Below, one piece after another: positions 38,101-51,322 of a stretch of DNA of 64,000 bases. Location: NCBI GenBank assembly GCA_963514005.1, contig OY740796.1, forward strand, positions 30,752,001 through 30,816,000, given 5' to 3'. Each line of letters begins with the position of its first letter. Position 1 is the stretch's first letter. The stretch is from Raja brachyura (taxonomy: Eukaryota). Both the position numbers and the translations under genes were made by a program. The notes beneath the pieces are model-generated. The model worked only from the letters and a program-made list of their open reading frames with translations. It did not search any database and was not told where the DNA came from.

Positions 38101-40749
38101 GTTCTCATTTAATCTTCTTATTAACCCACCAACCTGCATGTCTTTGGGATGCAATAATTACAGTAAACCAGAGCACTTGGAAGATGGTCGTTGTGAAAAT
38201 GTGCAAACTCCATACATACAGCACCTGAAGTCAGAATTTAACCTGGTCCATGGAACAATGCCAGGCAGTCGCTCCATCAGCTATGGCACTATGTCACCGC
38301 AATCATAACAGATTTGATTGTAACCTCAGCTTCAAACTTCTGCATACCCCAGTAACTTTTCATCCCTTTTATATCTCAAGAATCTATCTACATCTGCCTA
38401 GAGAATATTCACAGACTTTCTGTATCCACAACTCTTTGACCAAGGATTCACGGGCCTCTGAGTGAATACAATTTTGCCTCATCTTTGTCTATCGTGAGTT
38501 ACCACCTTGGAGCATAAGCAAGTGGTGAAGGATCAAAGGTGAGGTGATGGGTATATGAGAGAAAGTCACAGGGCCTCAGTGAAATAAGGAGAGCGGATTC
38601 ATGCGATTGTTCCGCTGCAAGCTGACTGAAACCCAATGGGCTGAATGGCCTCCTTCTTTGTCATAATAAGAATTCAAATAGTCATGAACCCCTAAGAACA
38701 AAACATATTTAATCTCTGTGCTAAATAGATAATCCCTTACTTTAAATGAGTGATGTCTGGTTCTAGATTCAACAAAATGAACCATTCTCTTCACACCCTC
38801 ATCAGACTTGTCAAAGCCTTTCCAAATGTTAGATGTTTCCTACACTCTTCACACCCTCATCAGACTGATAGCTAACCTGTCCAATATTTACTCACAAGGT
38901 GATCCCTGCAAAACACCGTCACTTAATCCAAGGTGTAATCTAGTCAATCTTCTCTGAACTGCTTCCAATACGTTAAGATGCTTCTTGAAGTAAAATGCAC
39001 CAAAGCAGACAATTACAGCTCAGTATAAACTAACACTCAATCGTTTCCAAATCAACTAGGACTTAATCTTCTAATCAAAACATCTGTTCCCTTTCTCCCT
39101 CAAACTTGCAAACCTGTGGGCAATGTTCCAGTATGGGGAATGTATTTAGGCAACATAAGACTGGATCTGCTATTTGGTTATTTGCAAAGCTATAGCATCT
39201 TTTATAATTTGTAGACAATTAAGTACCTCCTAAAGTGTAGTCATTTTTATCACAGAACAAATGTGAAAACACAATCCTACAAACAACAGTAAGGTAAAAT
39301 AACAGCTCAATGGAGACACTAGAGACTGCAGATGCTGGAGTCTTGAGCAAAACACAAACTGCGTGAGGAACTCAACGGGTCAGGCAGCACCTGTGAAGGG
39401 AATGGAAAGACGCCATTTTAAGTCGCGACCCTTCTTCAGATTGATGGAGTCGAGGGCGGGGAGTTGGTAAAAAGAGTGTGGGGAAGGATGGGGCAAGAGC
39501 TAGCAAGTGATGGGTGATCCAGGTTAGAGGAGATTAACTTACAGATGAGTCAAGTGGGGAAGAGATGGATGGAGATATTAAAGGGTATGGATAATCGCAT
39601 TTGATAAGACAAGAAGATATGGAATGTAGTATGAAACGGAGGAAGGGGACAGAAGTGAAATAAAAAAACAGCGTGCCTGTTTTTTTACTAAATAAATATT
39701 GCACTTGTCACATGGCCAATTTCCTTGCTCACTTCCAAATTGACCCATAGATATTCTAGACATCTATGCCTTGGGTTAACAATCTTTCTAACTGGAATCC
39801 AAAAGCATCCATAAATAGCCAAACAAAACGTGTTTCTTTCCCAAGATGTAATTAGTCGAGATTCTGCTTGAACCTGAAATGTTAGCACTTCAGGAGACCT
39901 GTTAGAAGTATATAAAATTATGGGAAGCATAGATAAGGTAGACATTCAAAATATTTTTCCCATGGTGTAAATGTCACAAACTAGAGGGCACGGCTTTAAG
40001 GTGAGAGGACTAAAGTTCAAAGAAGTTGTGTGGGGCAAGTTTTTTACACAAAGCTTGGTGGGTATCTGGAAAGTGCTGCCAAGGGTGTTGGTGGAGGCTG
40101 ATACAATAGTGTAATTTAAGAGGCTTTTAGATTGAGGCACGTGTATATGCAGGAAATGGAGTGGTATGGATCACATGCAGGACGAGGAGATTAGTTTAAC
40201 CTGGAATCGTGCTTGGCACAGACATGGTGGGCTGAAGCTCTGTGCTGTTCTGTGTTTTTCTATCCATAGATGGTGTTTAATCTGCTGAACATTTCCAGTG
40301 TAGTGTTGTTGAAAGATAATGACGCAGAATACTGCATGTTGGTAAAATGACAAAAAGTTAATGAATAGTGTTAGGGAAAGAGAGTATTAAAGTGAAAGGT
40401 TACATAAATTAGAGGTAGATTAACCAAAGATCAAGACTTCATCATCACATTCCATTCTAATTTCACACAAGGCGAAAGACGGTAGCAGGCACTACTGGCC
40501 TGGTCATAGCGCTGGAGAGGCTACAGGGGAAATTCACCAGGTCCTAGCCTGGGGTGGAGCAGTTCAGTTATGAGGAGAGACAGGAAAAAATAGGTATGTT
40601 GGCCCAGGAGGTTGAGAAGACATGGTTGAGGTATATAAAATGATGACGGACATAGATAGGGTAGATTGTAAGAAACATTTCCCCATATTGGATGTAGATA
40701 AACTAGAGGACATAGATATAGTATGGGGAAGAGTTTCAGAGGGAGTATG

Positions 40750-41180
40750 ACAATAGACAATAGACAATAGGTGCAGGAGTAGGCCATTCGGCCCTTCGGC
40801 CCTTCGAGTCAGCACCGCCATTCACTGTGATCATGGCTGATTATCCACACTCAGTACCCCATTCCTGCTTTTTTCCCCATATCCCCTGACTCCGCTATCT
40901 TTAAGAGTTCTATCCAACTCTTGAAAGCATCCAGAGAAATGGCCTCCACTGCCTTCTGAAGCAGAGAATTCCACAGATTCACACCCTCTGTGTGAAAATG
41001 GTTTTCCTCATCTCTGTTCTAAATGGCTTACCACTTATTCTTAAACTGTGGCCCCTGGTTTTGGACTCTCCCAACATCGGGAACATGTTTCTTGCGTCTA
41101 GCGTGTCCAAACCCTTAATAATCTTATATGCTTCGATAAGATCCTCTCATCCTTCTAAATTCCAGAGTGTACAAGCCCAA
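40750..41180 (-). mobile_element. HER1-like CR1 3' end, adjacent to or nested in an older plus-strand CR1 (~40510-40750)
   Basis: (CAATAGA)n tail; GGCCATTCGGCCCTTCG; CR1 ORF2 C-terminal similarity. Confidence 0.82.
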
Positions 41181-44100
41181 GGTGTGTGTCGATAAAGTGC
41201 CATTTGAAAAGTGAAATTATGCATTGGCTAAGTAAAATCCAACACACGCAGAGACACACACTTCAGGGATGAGTTGGAAGTAAGTGCTTACCTATGAAAT
41301 AGCCTTACCCTTTAATGCCACAACATTCCCAATCCAAAGGCTCATGCCCCACTGATGTATGGGTGATGTGTCAGTCCATTGCTTCCAAGTTTTAGACAGC
41401 AATTCTATTCTCTGCCTGCCCCACGGCATTTGCCTTCTCCCTCTGAGTCATCACTCCACATCCTATTTACTATTTCTAAACTGAAGTGCCCAAATTATGA
41501 TAAAAGCCAGAAATTGCATGAGTAATCCACAGTACTTTCCACCTCATTTAATAGGGCTCTCCTTCAGTACTGGAGTAAACAAATCCTATCTGAGTGTAAC
41601 AACGGTCCTGGCTGTCAACACAGTCACCCAGGGGTATGTATGATGTGAAAGTGAGATAACATAGACCTCGGTACAAGTGACAATCAACTAAAATAAATTA
41701 AAACCACCCCCCTCCCCCTTCTCATTGCCGCCTTCTCTCTATCATCCAGATGCATCTTTCCCTCTCCTCCCTCAGTGCCAGGACTTTCTCCGATCCTGAT
41801 CTTTCTCACCCCCCCCCCCACTCCATCAGCCTGTGGAAGGGTCTTGACCCAAAACGTCACCTGCTCATTTCCATCCACAGATGTTGCCTGACCTACTGAG
41901 TTCCTCCAGCATTTTTTTTTTTTTTTCATTCAGGATTCCAGTATCTGCAATCTATTGTCTCTGTCTTCCCAGCTGTGGTTTTGGCTGGTTGCAGCTTTCA
42001 ATGAATCTTCTCTCTAAATACTGCCATCAACAAGGATGTGTAAGCCAGAGTAGACATGGTGGTGGAGGGAGGGGGCGGGGGAGCGAGGGGGTGGGGGGAG
42101 GGGGGGGGGGGGGGGGTGGTGGGAGGGTGATGAGTACACTATCATGATAATCATTAAAGACCTTTGTTGCCCTTAACCTCCGCTCTATTCAGCCAATGAA
42201 TTGCATGATTATAAATAGGAAGGAAAATAATCGGTTATGACTGAATTCTTTGACAGTCGAGTGATTTCTCCCCTGCCCTCTCCATCTTTGGCAAACAGAA
42301 ATGAATCACAATGCCCCACTCAATAAACCAAACCGTGGAGCTCAGACTCTGACAGAAAGAGCACGACAGGGAGTTGTCAATGCTTCCTGCGCTTGACAAT
42401 TGGAGGTGACCTTGTCTGGCTGTTGGCTGTAGTAAGCAATCAAGTGCAGGGCCCCTTTTGTGCCATTAGACTTCATTAAAGAGACATTTACATAGCAGAC
42501 TGCCACAGGCTCATTATCAGCCTGATGAGTGCTGGCCATTACATCCATTAGTGAAAGGTGAAGCCTGTTATTAGGAGGAACTGGAGGGCAGAGAGATATG
42601 GAGAGATGATGGAAGCTTGGTGACTCCAGCTCCACAGAAAGCGAGCAATTAAAGAAAGGGCCAAACGTGGTCAGTGAGACACAAAGGGTTAAAAACCAAC
42701 CCCCTGCCTCTGTCTTTGTAAATGTAGAAGGAGATTAAAACCGCAGTGTTACAACCAGTTTAATGCTTCCGTGTATCTACCACTGAAAGGCTTTTGCAGG
42801 CTTTGCTGACCCCACCCACGGCAGTTGGGGCCACCCTCCCTAAACCCAAGCTGCTCGCACCATCTTCCATGCCTCCGTAATCCCAGTCTTTGTTGGATAC
42901 TAGCCTGGCTCCATCTCAATTCGAGTTTGAGTTTAGTTTCAGTTTAGATTATAGTCACATATAACAAATACTGCGAAAAGCTTTTGTTGCGTGCTAATCA
43001 GTCAGCGGAAAGGCAATACATTAGAACCCAACAATATGAATATTGCGTTCTACAATTTTATGTAACTACCCAAATTATACTTCTGCTTCTTTTGTCCCAC
43101 CCCTCTTATTTTTCCCCTCATCCTCTCCCTTGTGCCCCACTGGACCTGCACCTTTCTTTCGCTTTCCAATTTGCAACTTTTCAATCCTATTGCCTCACAC
43201 CTTCTGTCTTTTTATCTCTGGTCTTTGTCCAACCATCTGCCCGACAACCCCCCCCCCCCCCCCCCCCCCCTCCTCAATCTGTATCCACCTATTATTATTA
43301 GCCAGCATTTGTCCTGCCACACCTATCTTCTAACTTTCTTCTCTCTGTAATGTTAATGGAAAGACCCTTAACAGTATTGGTGCAGATCTTGGAGACCAAG
43401 TTCAGAGCTCACTGGAGGTGGCAGCACAAGTATATACGGTGGTAATGAAGGCGGCTGGTTTGCTTGCTTATATTACTAGGGGCATTGAATATAAGAGTCA
43501 GAAGTCATGATACAGATCTATAGAACTTTGGTTAGGCCACATTTGAAGTATTGAATGCAGTTCTGGTCGCCCCATTATAGAAAATATGTGCAGGCTTTAG
43601 AGAGTGTGCATACCAGAATGCTGTCTCGGTTAGAGAGTTTCAGGTTCAGGTGCTGACCTCATATTTTGCTGAGGTAGTTTATACCCCGGTGGTATGAACA
43701 TTGACTTCTTCAATTTTAGATAGCCCATGCTTTCTCCTTCCTTCCCCTCCCCTGTCCCAGCTCTCCCACAAAGCCTACTGTCTCCGCCTCTTCCTTTCTT
43801 TTCCCCGCCCCTCCCCCCGACATCAGTCTGAATGTCGCCTATTCCTTCTCTCCATAGATGCTGCCTCACCCGCTGAGTTTCTGCAGCATTTTGTGTCTAC
43901 CAACAAAAGAAGTTAATCATCTCAGCCCCACTACACTAGTGCAGGAGTTCCTCAGGGCAGTATGTAAGGTTCAACCTGGCTCAGCGACTTCATCAATGAC
44001 AGCATTAGCACAAGCACAATCCCTATTCCTTACCCAACATTTCCTGCTTGACTGACAATTCAAAAAATAACGAATAAACAGCAGTGTTTGCTGAATGGAA

Positions 44101-44520
44101 AACTGTGGCTAAAGCACTTTAATAAGCCTGAATAAATCAAATCGTTCTTTATATTACTCTGCGTAGGTGTCTCCAGTCTCCAATTTTTGCATGAAAGAAT
44201 TGCATGCAAGACGCATTGTGCAGAGGGATGGGAGAGTGCTGTGGAGTGAGCTGCTGTATTATAAGGAGGAAACTAAAAATACACATTCCTGTGGTTGAGA
44301 ATTTAGTATGGGTGTACATCAATTAAGATCCAATATTTTCAGGGGCCTTACCATCCCCAGGAAATTGTTGGATGTAATTTTTGTACATTTTGGTTCATGT
44401 TGGGATATCTTAAGAAGTCTCCTGTAACTCTGAAATTATCTGCAATTGTCCACCAAAGTTAAACAGAGTCAATCAGAGCATCAGTAGGTCAATCAGCCCT
44501 TCATGCTCTGCTATTCAATA

Positions 44521-44811
44521 CGGCATGGCGGCGTAGTGGTAGGGTTGCTGCTTTACAGCACCAGAGGCCCGGGTTCGATCTTGACTATGGGTGCTGGCTG
44601 TACGGATTTTGTACATTTTCCCTGTGACCTATGTGGGTTATCTCCAGGTGCTCCAGTTCCCTCCCACATTCCAAAAATGAACAGGTGTGTTGGCTAAATG
44701 GCTTGGTAAAAATTGTAAATTGCAAATTATCCCTAGTGGGTGTAGGATAGTGTTAGCGCGCAGGGTGAGTAAAAAAAACCTGCTTCCACTCTTTATCTTT
44801 AAAGTCTAAAG
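44521..44811 (+). mobile_element. HE1-like SINE whose tail is the target of the hAT MITE
   Basis: GGGTTCGATC B-box, core, and (TCTAAAG) tail. Confidence 0.78.
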
Positions 44812-45614
44812 TAGGGGTTCCCAACCTTTTTCGTCCCGTTTACCCTGGCAACTTTTTCAAAAGTAAATTTACCCTCAGCCTGTTTTGTTCTGTAATTTGA
44901 GTTTACACTTCTACCATAATAAAGCAACTGACAAAGGGGAAAATTTAAAATACTATTTTTAACATTATTATTTTAAGTTCCAGAATCAACAAATTAAAGC
45001 CCCTGTCCCACTTTCACGACTAAATTGGCGACCTCTGCCGAGTTTGCCCTTGACTCATACTTGCAGCATGGTCGTAGGAGGTCTTAGTAACTCTTCCTCA
45101 TGCTCGTGAGTGGTCTCCGCGTACTCGCGGCCTCAAGTAGGTTACGGCGTTTTTTCCAGCCTGATAACAAACGTCCACGAGTAAAAAAAAGGTCGGCATG
45201 GAAAAAACGGATACTTTTTACCTGTAGGTAGGTCGTAGGTAGGTCGAAGTAGGTCATGATTGTAGTTGTGGATAGTCGTAGGTCATCGTAGGTAGTTGTA
45301 GGTCGGTAACTGGCCCGAGAAAAAAAATGCAAACATGACATAATTTTATCATGTGATCATTTTCTACTCGTAGCTAGTCATAGTTGGTCTTAGGTGTGGA
45401 AGACTGAGGTCGTGGGGGGGTCATGGGAGATCATAGACATAGTCGTAGGAGGTCGTAGACATAGTCGTAGGAGGTCTTTTACTTTGGCGAGTCAACACGA
45501 CCTTGACATTTTTTTCAACTCGTCTAAGGTCTTCTTAACTCGTGGATTAGGTCGTCCAAGTGCGACAGGCCCTTTACCCCCTGGAGTAAATTTACACAAG
45601 CTTGGGAACCATTG
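44812..45614. mobile_element. hAT (Charlie-like) MITE
   Basis: Imperfect TIRs TAGGGGTTCCCAACCTT / AAGCTTGGGAACCATTG; exact 8-bp TSD GTCTAAAG at 44804-44811 and 45615-45622. Confidence 0.85.
44998..45573. mobile_element. PIF/Harbinger-like MITE nested in the hAT MITE
   Basis: TIRs AGCCCCTGTCCCACTT / AAGTGCGACAGGCCCT, flanked by TAA and TTA (TWA-type target). Interior is rich in (GGTCGTA) repeats. Confidence 0.78.
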
Positions 45615-47844
45615 GTCTAAAGTTTAAAGATGCTGCCTGAATTCCTGAACATTTCCAGCATTTTCAGTTTTTATTTTATTTTACGCAGCTGTGGATGTGA
45701 GTTTTATTTCTGATGAAAGGCTGGGCGTTCCAATGCGTGGATTCAAGGTTCTCAAACCATCCCAAATGCTCCTTCTTGATTTTATATTTGAGTTTAGTTT
45801 GAGTTTAGTTTATTGTCACGTGAAACAAGTTACAGTGAAAATCTTTTGCTGTGCACTGAGCAGTCAGCGGAAAGACAATACATAATTACAATCGAGCCAC
45901 CCACAGTGTATGGATGGATTATAAAGGGAATAACGTGAATAATGTCTGGTGCAAAGTAAAGTCCAGAAATGTCTGAGATATTCCAAGGGCCTCCAATGAG
46001 GTAGATAGTAGCCCAGGACTGATCTCGAGTTGTTGGTAGGATGGTTAAATTGCCTGATAACAGCTGGGAAGAAACTGTCCCTGAATCTGGAGGTGTGCAT
46101 ACCATTTGCCTGGTTGGGAGAGGGGAGAAGAGGGAGTAGCCAGAGTGCAACTCATCCTTGATTATGTTGGTGGCATTGCCGAGGCAGTGTGAGGTAAATG
46201 GAGTCAATGGAAGGAAGGTTGGCTTATTTGATGGTCTGGACTGCGTCCACAATTCTCTGCAACTTTGACGGTGAAAGGCCATCAACCTGAAACGTTAACT
46301 CTGTTTCTCTCTCCACAGATGTTGCCTGAACTGTTGAGTATCTCCAGAATCCTCTATTCATATCTCAACAAATGAAAATTGTTTGGCTGAATATCTCACA
46401 CCGCGACACAGCAACACATGCAGGTCTGAATATAAGCAATGGCTCTTGGAACCAGGCTGTCCGTTAGGCCAGTCAAGCATTCGAAGCTTCAAAATACACC
46501 AACATGCACAGATTTGCCAGTTCACACTTTGCTAAACTGGAAGATAAGATCCAGCAATCCTCCTACCTAGCCTGAAAGGGTTGTTGTCTTCTGAGAAGAG
46601 ATGTGAGGGGACCATGTAGATAAGCAGTCTCTGCCAAGCAGACAGGTATAAGATAAACACTCTGACATTATGAACAGCCTAGATTCCACTCAGTTTTATT
46701 TAGACACTGCTCCATAACTAAAACCCTCCAAAAAGTTCAATTCATCCATTCCACATTAAAATTCTCTCCAGATCACAATAGACCAACACATTGTACTCAC
46801 AGATAACGCTTTGTCTTGGGAACATTCCTGGTACTGTGCAAGAGAATCTGTGTGTTGGAACATCTGAAAAATGATTTGCCAACACGGCACAGTTTTGGAT
46901 CAGTATCCTATACATTTTGCTTCTATTCTGCACTATCTCTACTGGATCATTTGTGCAGAAGTAGATTATTGGGCTGAGGAATTATCTGTTAGTCAGAGAA
47001 ATGAGAGTGTTTTAACACTTCCACTGGCTGATACACCAACTAATCTCTGAGGGCCAATGATAAGTGATTTTTTAAAAGAATCAACTCCTCTCCAAATAGA
47101 AAAATAGCCAATTGGGATTCCTGTGGAGCTGAGTGCACAGCTCCCACTGCTGCTGTGTTAGTATTGAATACATTGCTTTAATGAATATAAATTAGGAATA
47201 CCAGTGTCGCCTATGGATTATTGAACTGATGTTTTATAACTGAGCCTTTTTACTGCAGTCCTAATCTTTTCAGTGAAACAACTTAGCCCTGCTGATTCTC
47301 ATCTGTAAGTTGAATCATCCATTTCTTCCCTCTGATTTCAAACGCACTTCTAAATGCATATGTACTTTCTTAACCCCCTGTAACTCCCAATGCAGCCGTG
47401 ATCTGGACCATGGTCATGGAGTCATAGAGTCATAGTCATACAATGTGGAAACAGGCACTTCTGCCCTAATTGCCCACACCAACCAACATGTCCCATCTAC
47501 ATTAGTCCCACTATGCCCATATCCCTCTAAACCCGTCCTATCCATGTACCTGTCTAATTGCTTCTTAAACATTGCGATGGTCGCTACCTCAATGACCTCC
47601 TCCAGCAGCTACCTCCTCCATATACCCACCACCCTCTGTGTGAAAAAGTTACCCCTCACATGGTGACACTAATCTGGAGAATCCATCAAAGATCATAACT
47701 AATACAATGGATTTAGATCAATTTGTATGTCGAATGGTTAATTGGAGTATGGTTTGCACCTCTAATGTTATGGCTCAATGGGTACTGTGCTCACTGTGAT
47801 ACCAATGGTCATGGGCTCAACTCCCTCTCCAGAAGTATGAGGCC

Positions 47845-48290
47845 ATTACCTATGCTGACAGCCCAGCAGAGCTTCTCCTGAGGCTGTACCTCCTTCCATT
47901 CTGGTATTTTTGGTTCTAATGTGGCTGAGGGCAATGTGGGGACTGCAGGCTCTGCCACAGATAGGGCAGGAGGTAGAAAAGGTTGGTTGGTGGTCTGTGA
48001 GGTGATTCACTCCTCCTGCTGATTCTGTTCTGGCTACTCTGTGCTCCCGATGCAAGGACTCAAGGTTCTCAACACCATCCCAAATGTTCCTTCTCCCTGT
48101 GAATGGTCATGGGCTGAGATTCCCAGGAGTCGGGGAGGATACTGCACTGCATCTTTTCACAGAGGCTCTGAAAACATCTTTGATTATTTTCCTTTGTCCA
48201 CCTGTTCCTCCCTTCCTATGTCAGAGTTTGGAATAGAGTGTCTGTTTCGGGAGTCAGCCATTGGATGTGACATGGCTGGCCCAACAAAGA
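47845..48290 (-). mobile_element. Old RTE-like 3' fragments
   Basis: ORF 47846-48055 contains CPICGRACSPHIALSHIRT, a C2H2 remnant like that at 6786. A related fragment lies at ~23725-24030. Confidence 0.6.
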
Positions 48291-48299
48291 AAATTGAGG

Positions 48300-48855
48300 A
48301 TGGACACAAAAAGCTGGAGTAACAGCATCTCTGGAGAAAAGGAATAGGTGACATTTTGGGTTTCTAGACCCTTCTTCAGACTCAGTCACGGGAAATGGAA
48401 ACAAGAGATTTTGATGGTGATATAGAGAGATATGGAATAATGAATGAAAGATATGCAAAAAATTAATGTTGATAAAAGAAACAGGCCATTGTTAGCTGTA
48501 AGCTAGGTGAAAACCAGTTACAGACAATGAAACTGAACAGGACAACAGTGAAATTAGTGCAATGACTAGGATGGGGGAGGGAGGGAGAGAGGGCATGAAA
48601 GGGTTACTTGAAGTTAGAGAAGTTAATGTTCATACCGCTGGGTTGTAAGCTGCCCAAGCCAAATATACGGTGCTGTTCCTCTAATTTGTGTTGGGTTTCA
48701 CTCTGACAGTGGTGGAGGCCCAGGACTGAAAGGTTAGTATGGAATGGGAGGGGGTGTTAAAGTGTTTAGCAACAGGAAGATTAGGTAGGTTTAGGCGGAC
48801 TGAGCGGAGGTGTTCAGCGAAACAATCGCCAAGCCTGTGCTTGGTCTCACCTCCA
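48300..48855 (-). mobile_element. Penelope-like 3' fragment
   Basis: ORF 48681-48941 GETKHRLGDCFAEHLRSVRLNLPNLPVAKHFN (GIY-YIG); hammerhead-like core at 48346-48382. Confidence 0.85.
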
Positions 48856-48954
48856 CTCAGTCCGTCTAAACTTACATGATCTCCCGGTTGATAGAAAGAT
48901 TCAACTTTCAATCCATCAATGGCCACTTTGAAATAAAACACCAGAAAGAATGCT

Positions 48955-49557
48955 AACTGGTCAGCTGCTGCCTCACAGCAGGTTTGATCCTGACCTCAGT
49001 TGCTGTCTGTGTGGAGTTTGCTTGTTCTTCCCATGACTGTGTAGGTTTTCTCCGGGAGATCTGTTTTCCTCCCACATCCTAAAGATGTGCAAATTTATAA
49101 TTTAAATGGCCTCTGTAAAATTGCCCCTTACTTTACTTTAGAGATACAATGTGAAAAAAGGCCCTTCGGACCACTGAGTCCACACTGAAAGCCAAGCACG
49201 CCGTACACTAGCACAATCCTATACTCTAGCGACAATTTACAAAATCCACAAACCTGTACGTCTTTGGAGTGTGGGTGCAAACCGGAGCACCCCCAAAAAA
49301 CCCATACAGTCGCTGGGAAAACATGCAAACTCCATACAGACAGCACCCGTAGTTAGGATCGAACCCGGGTCTCTGGCGCTGTAACGTAGCAAGTCTACCT
49401 CTGTGCCACTGTGCCACCCTACTGTGTACTCCCACTCTGCAGAGGGTGGATGAGATAGTGGGATAACATAGAACAAGTTTGAATAAGAGATCAACGGTTA
49501 ACAAGGACTCAATAGGCCAAAGGGCCTGTTTCCGTGCTGTGTCTCTGAACTAAACTG
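48955..49557 (+). mobile_element. HE1-like SINE with an antisense HE1-like SINE nested inside (~49129-49419)
   Basis: The plus-strand core stops at AAATTGCCCCT and resumes at CTACTGTGTA after a complete minus-strand SINE. Confidence 0.78.
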
Positions 49558-51227
49558 AGGGTGATGTTACTGAGGGTGAGGGTGAGGGTGATGGGTGATA
49601 GACAGTATGAATGAATGAATGAATGAATGAATGAATACGTTTATTGGCCAATTATTCACATACAAGGAATTTGCCTTGGTGCTCCGCCTGCAAGTGACAA
49701 CATGACATAGAGCGACAGTTAGAAATGACACATAAAACATTAAATATTAATAATAAAATATTATTGACTAAACATGTGAATTAACTAAAATACCAGAGCA
49801 AAAGGCGGCTATAGATTTTTGGTTATTGAGTAGAGCTACTTCTCTTGGAATAATGCTGTTTTTACGTCTGGCTGTGGCAGCTTTGACAGTCTGGAGTTGC
49901 CTTTCAGAGGGAAGTGAGTCAAAGAGTGAGAGGGGTCAGAGATGATCTTACCCGCTCGCTTCCTGGCCCTTGCAGTGAACAGTTTGTCAATGGAGGGAAA
50001 GTTGCAGCCAATAACCTTCTCAGCTGATCAGACGTTTCGCTGCAGCCTCCGGATGTCGTGCTTGGTAGCTGAGCCAAACCAGACCATGATGGAGAAGGTG
50101 AGGACAGATTCTACGATGCCATATAGAATTAGACCATCATTGCCTGTGGCAGACTGTGCTTGCTCATCTGCCGCAGGAAGTACATCCTCTGTTGTGCCTT
50201 ATTGACTGTGGAGTCGATGGTAGTGAGGACGAGTTGTTCACAATCTCTTTCAATCATAATATAAAATATCCATGTTTGCTGATGAATGTAACTGGTTGGC
50301 ACTGTGGATTGTCAAGCTATATGGAAAGACTTTGAATAAGCAAGGATACCGTAGATGGAGTATAATGTGGAAAGGAGTGACGTTATTTACTTTTCCAGTA
50401 AATGATAGAGAGTGAAATATGTGTTCAAAGGAAGCTTTCGTCCTTACACACAAATCCCTGAAACCTGCCCATGCAGCGAACAGTTTACTAGTCAAACGGT
50501 ATGTTGACCTTCATTGGAAGAGAATTTGAAAACAGGACTAGAGATATCTTGCTTCAATTGTACAGACCCCTAATTAAATTGCAACCTCAATATTATGCTC
50601 AGATCCACTTTCTCTATAGGAATATATTTATATTAGAGGAAGTAAAGTGATTAGGTTCTTGGAACGATGGTATGGTTGTAGAAGGGGAAAGGAAGCATAG
50701 GATATTTATACTCTCTTCAGATCAGAAGATTTATCTAATTGAAACATGTAAAAGCTTTATGGGGCTTAACAGAGTAAATGCAGAGATAAGGATCGCCCTT
50801 GTTGTGTTGCCTAGAAGAGGGGTCATTGTGTCAAAATAAGTTGACTCTTCAAGATAGTGAAGACATTTCTTTATCCAGAGGCTGGTGAATCTTTGGAAAT
50901 CTCCACACAAGAGCATTGAGCTGTTAATATTCAAGGGAGATGGATAGATTTTTGTATATGGAAGGAAATAAAGGAAATGGGGGCTTCGTTCGGGAAGTGT
51001 CACTGAGTGAAAGATTGGCTATGAAACAAGGATGGCACAGGGGTTGAATACCCTTTTCCTATATAGTCATATAAAATTGGAGCTTAAAGAAAAATTATAG
51101 GGCTGCATAAACTTCACTTGCATTTCCTCTAATCAAGGTGCTTCCAATAATGAAGCAATTTGATTGAGTAAATGAAGTTTCTCCTGGAAGGAATATCCAT
51201 AAAAAGAGCGACACTACGTAGAAAGTA

Positions 51228-51322
51228 GTCTGAAGAAGGGTCTCGACCTGAAACGTCACCTATTCCTTCGCTCCATAGATGCTGCCTCACCCGCTTAGTT
51301 TCTCCAGCATTTTTGTGTACCT
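51228..51322 (+). ncRNA. Best-preserved Penelope-type minimal hammerhead core plus 3' element sequence
   Basis: CTGAAGA (51230-51236) A GGGTC-TC-GACCT GAAA CGTC^ACC: both catalytic boxes, stem II and the GUC triplet are present. Confidence 0.65.

Larger units (their letters stand above)
33400..38120 (+). mobile_element. DIRS-type retrotransposon, copy 3: old, degenerate, left terminus not found
   Basis: Degenerate RT (IDLEDAYFSI; LPMGLTSA; GFVIHPGKS) at ~35950-36570, MT tail (VVPNWPTQPW) at ~36625-36660, YR (FKSHSTRAA) at ~37430-37460, ICR at 37787-37898, and a complementary right end at ~38018-38120. Confidence 0.88.

Noticed and set aside
42520-42570. Hammerhead at CTGATGA...GAAA
   Set aside because: No convincing stem II, and the would-be cleavage nucleotide is G.
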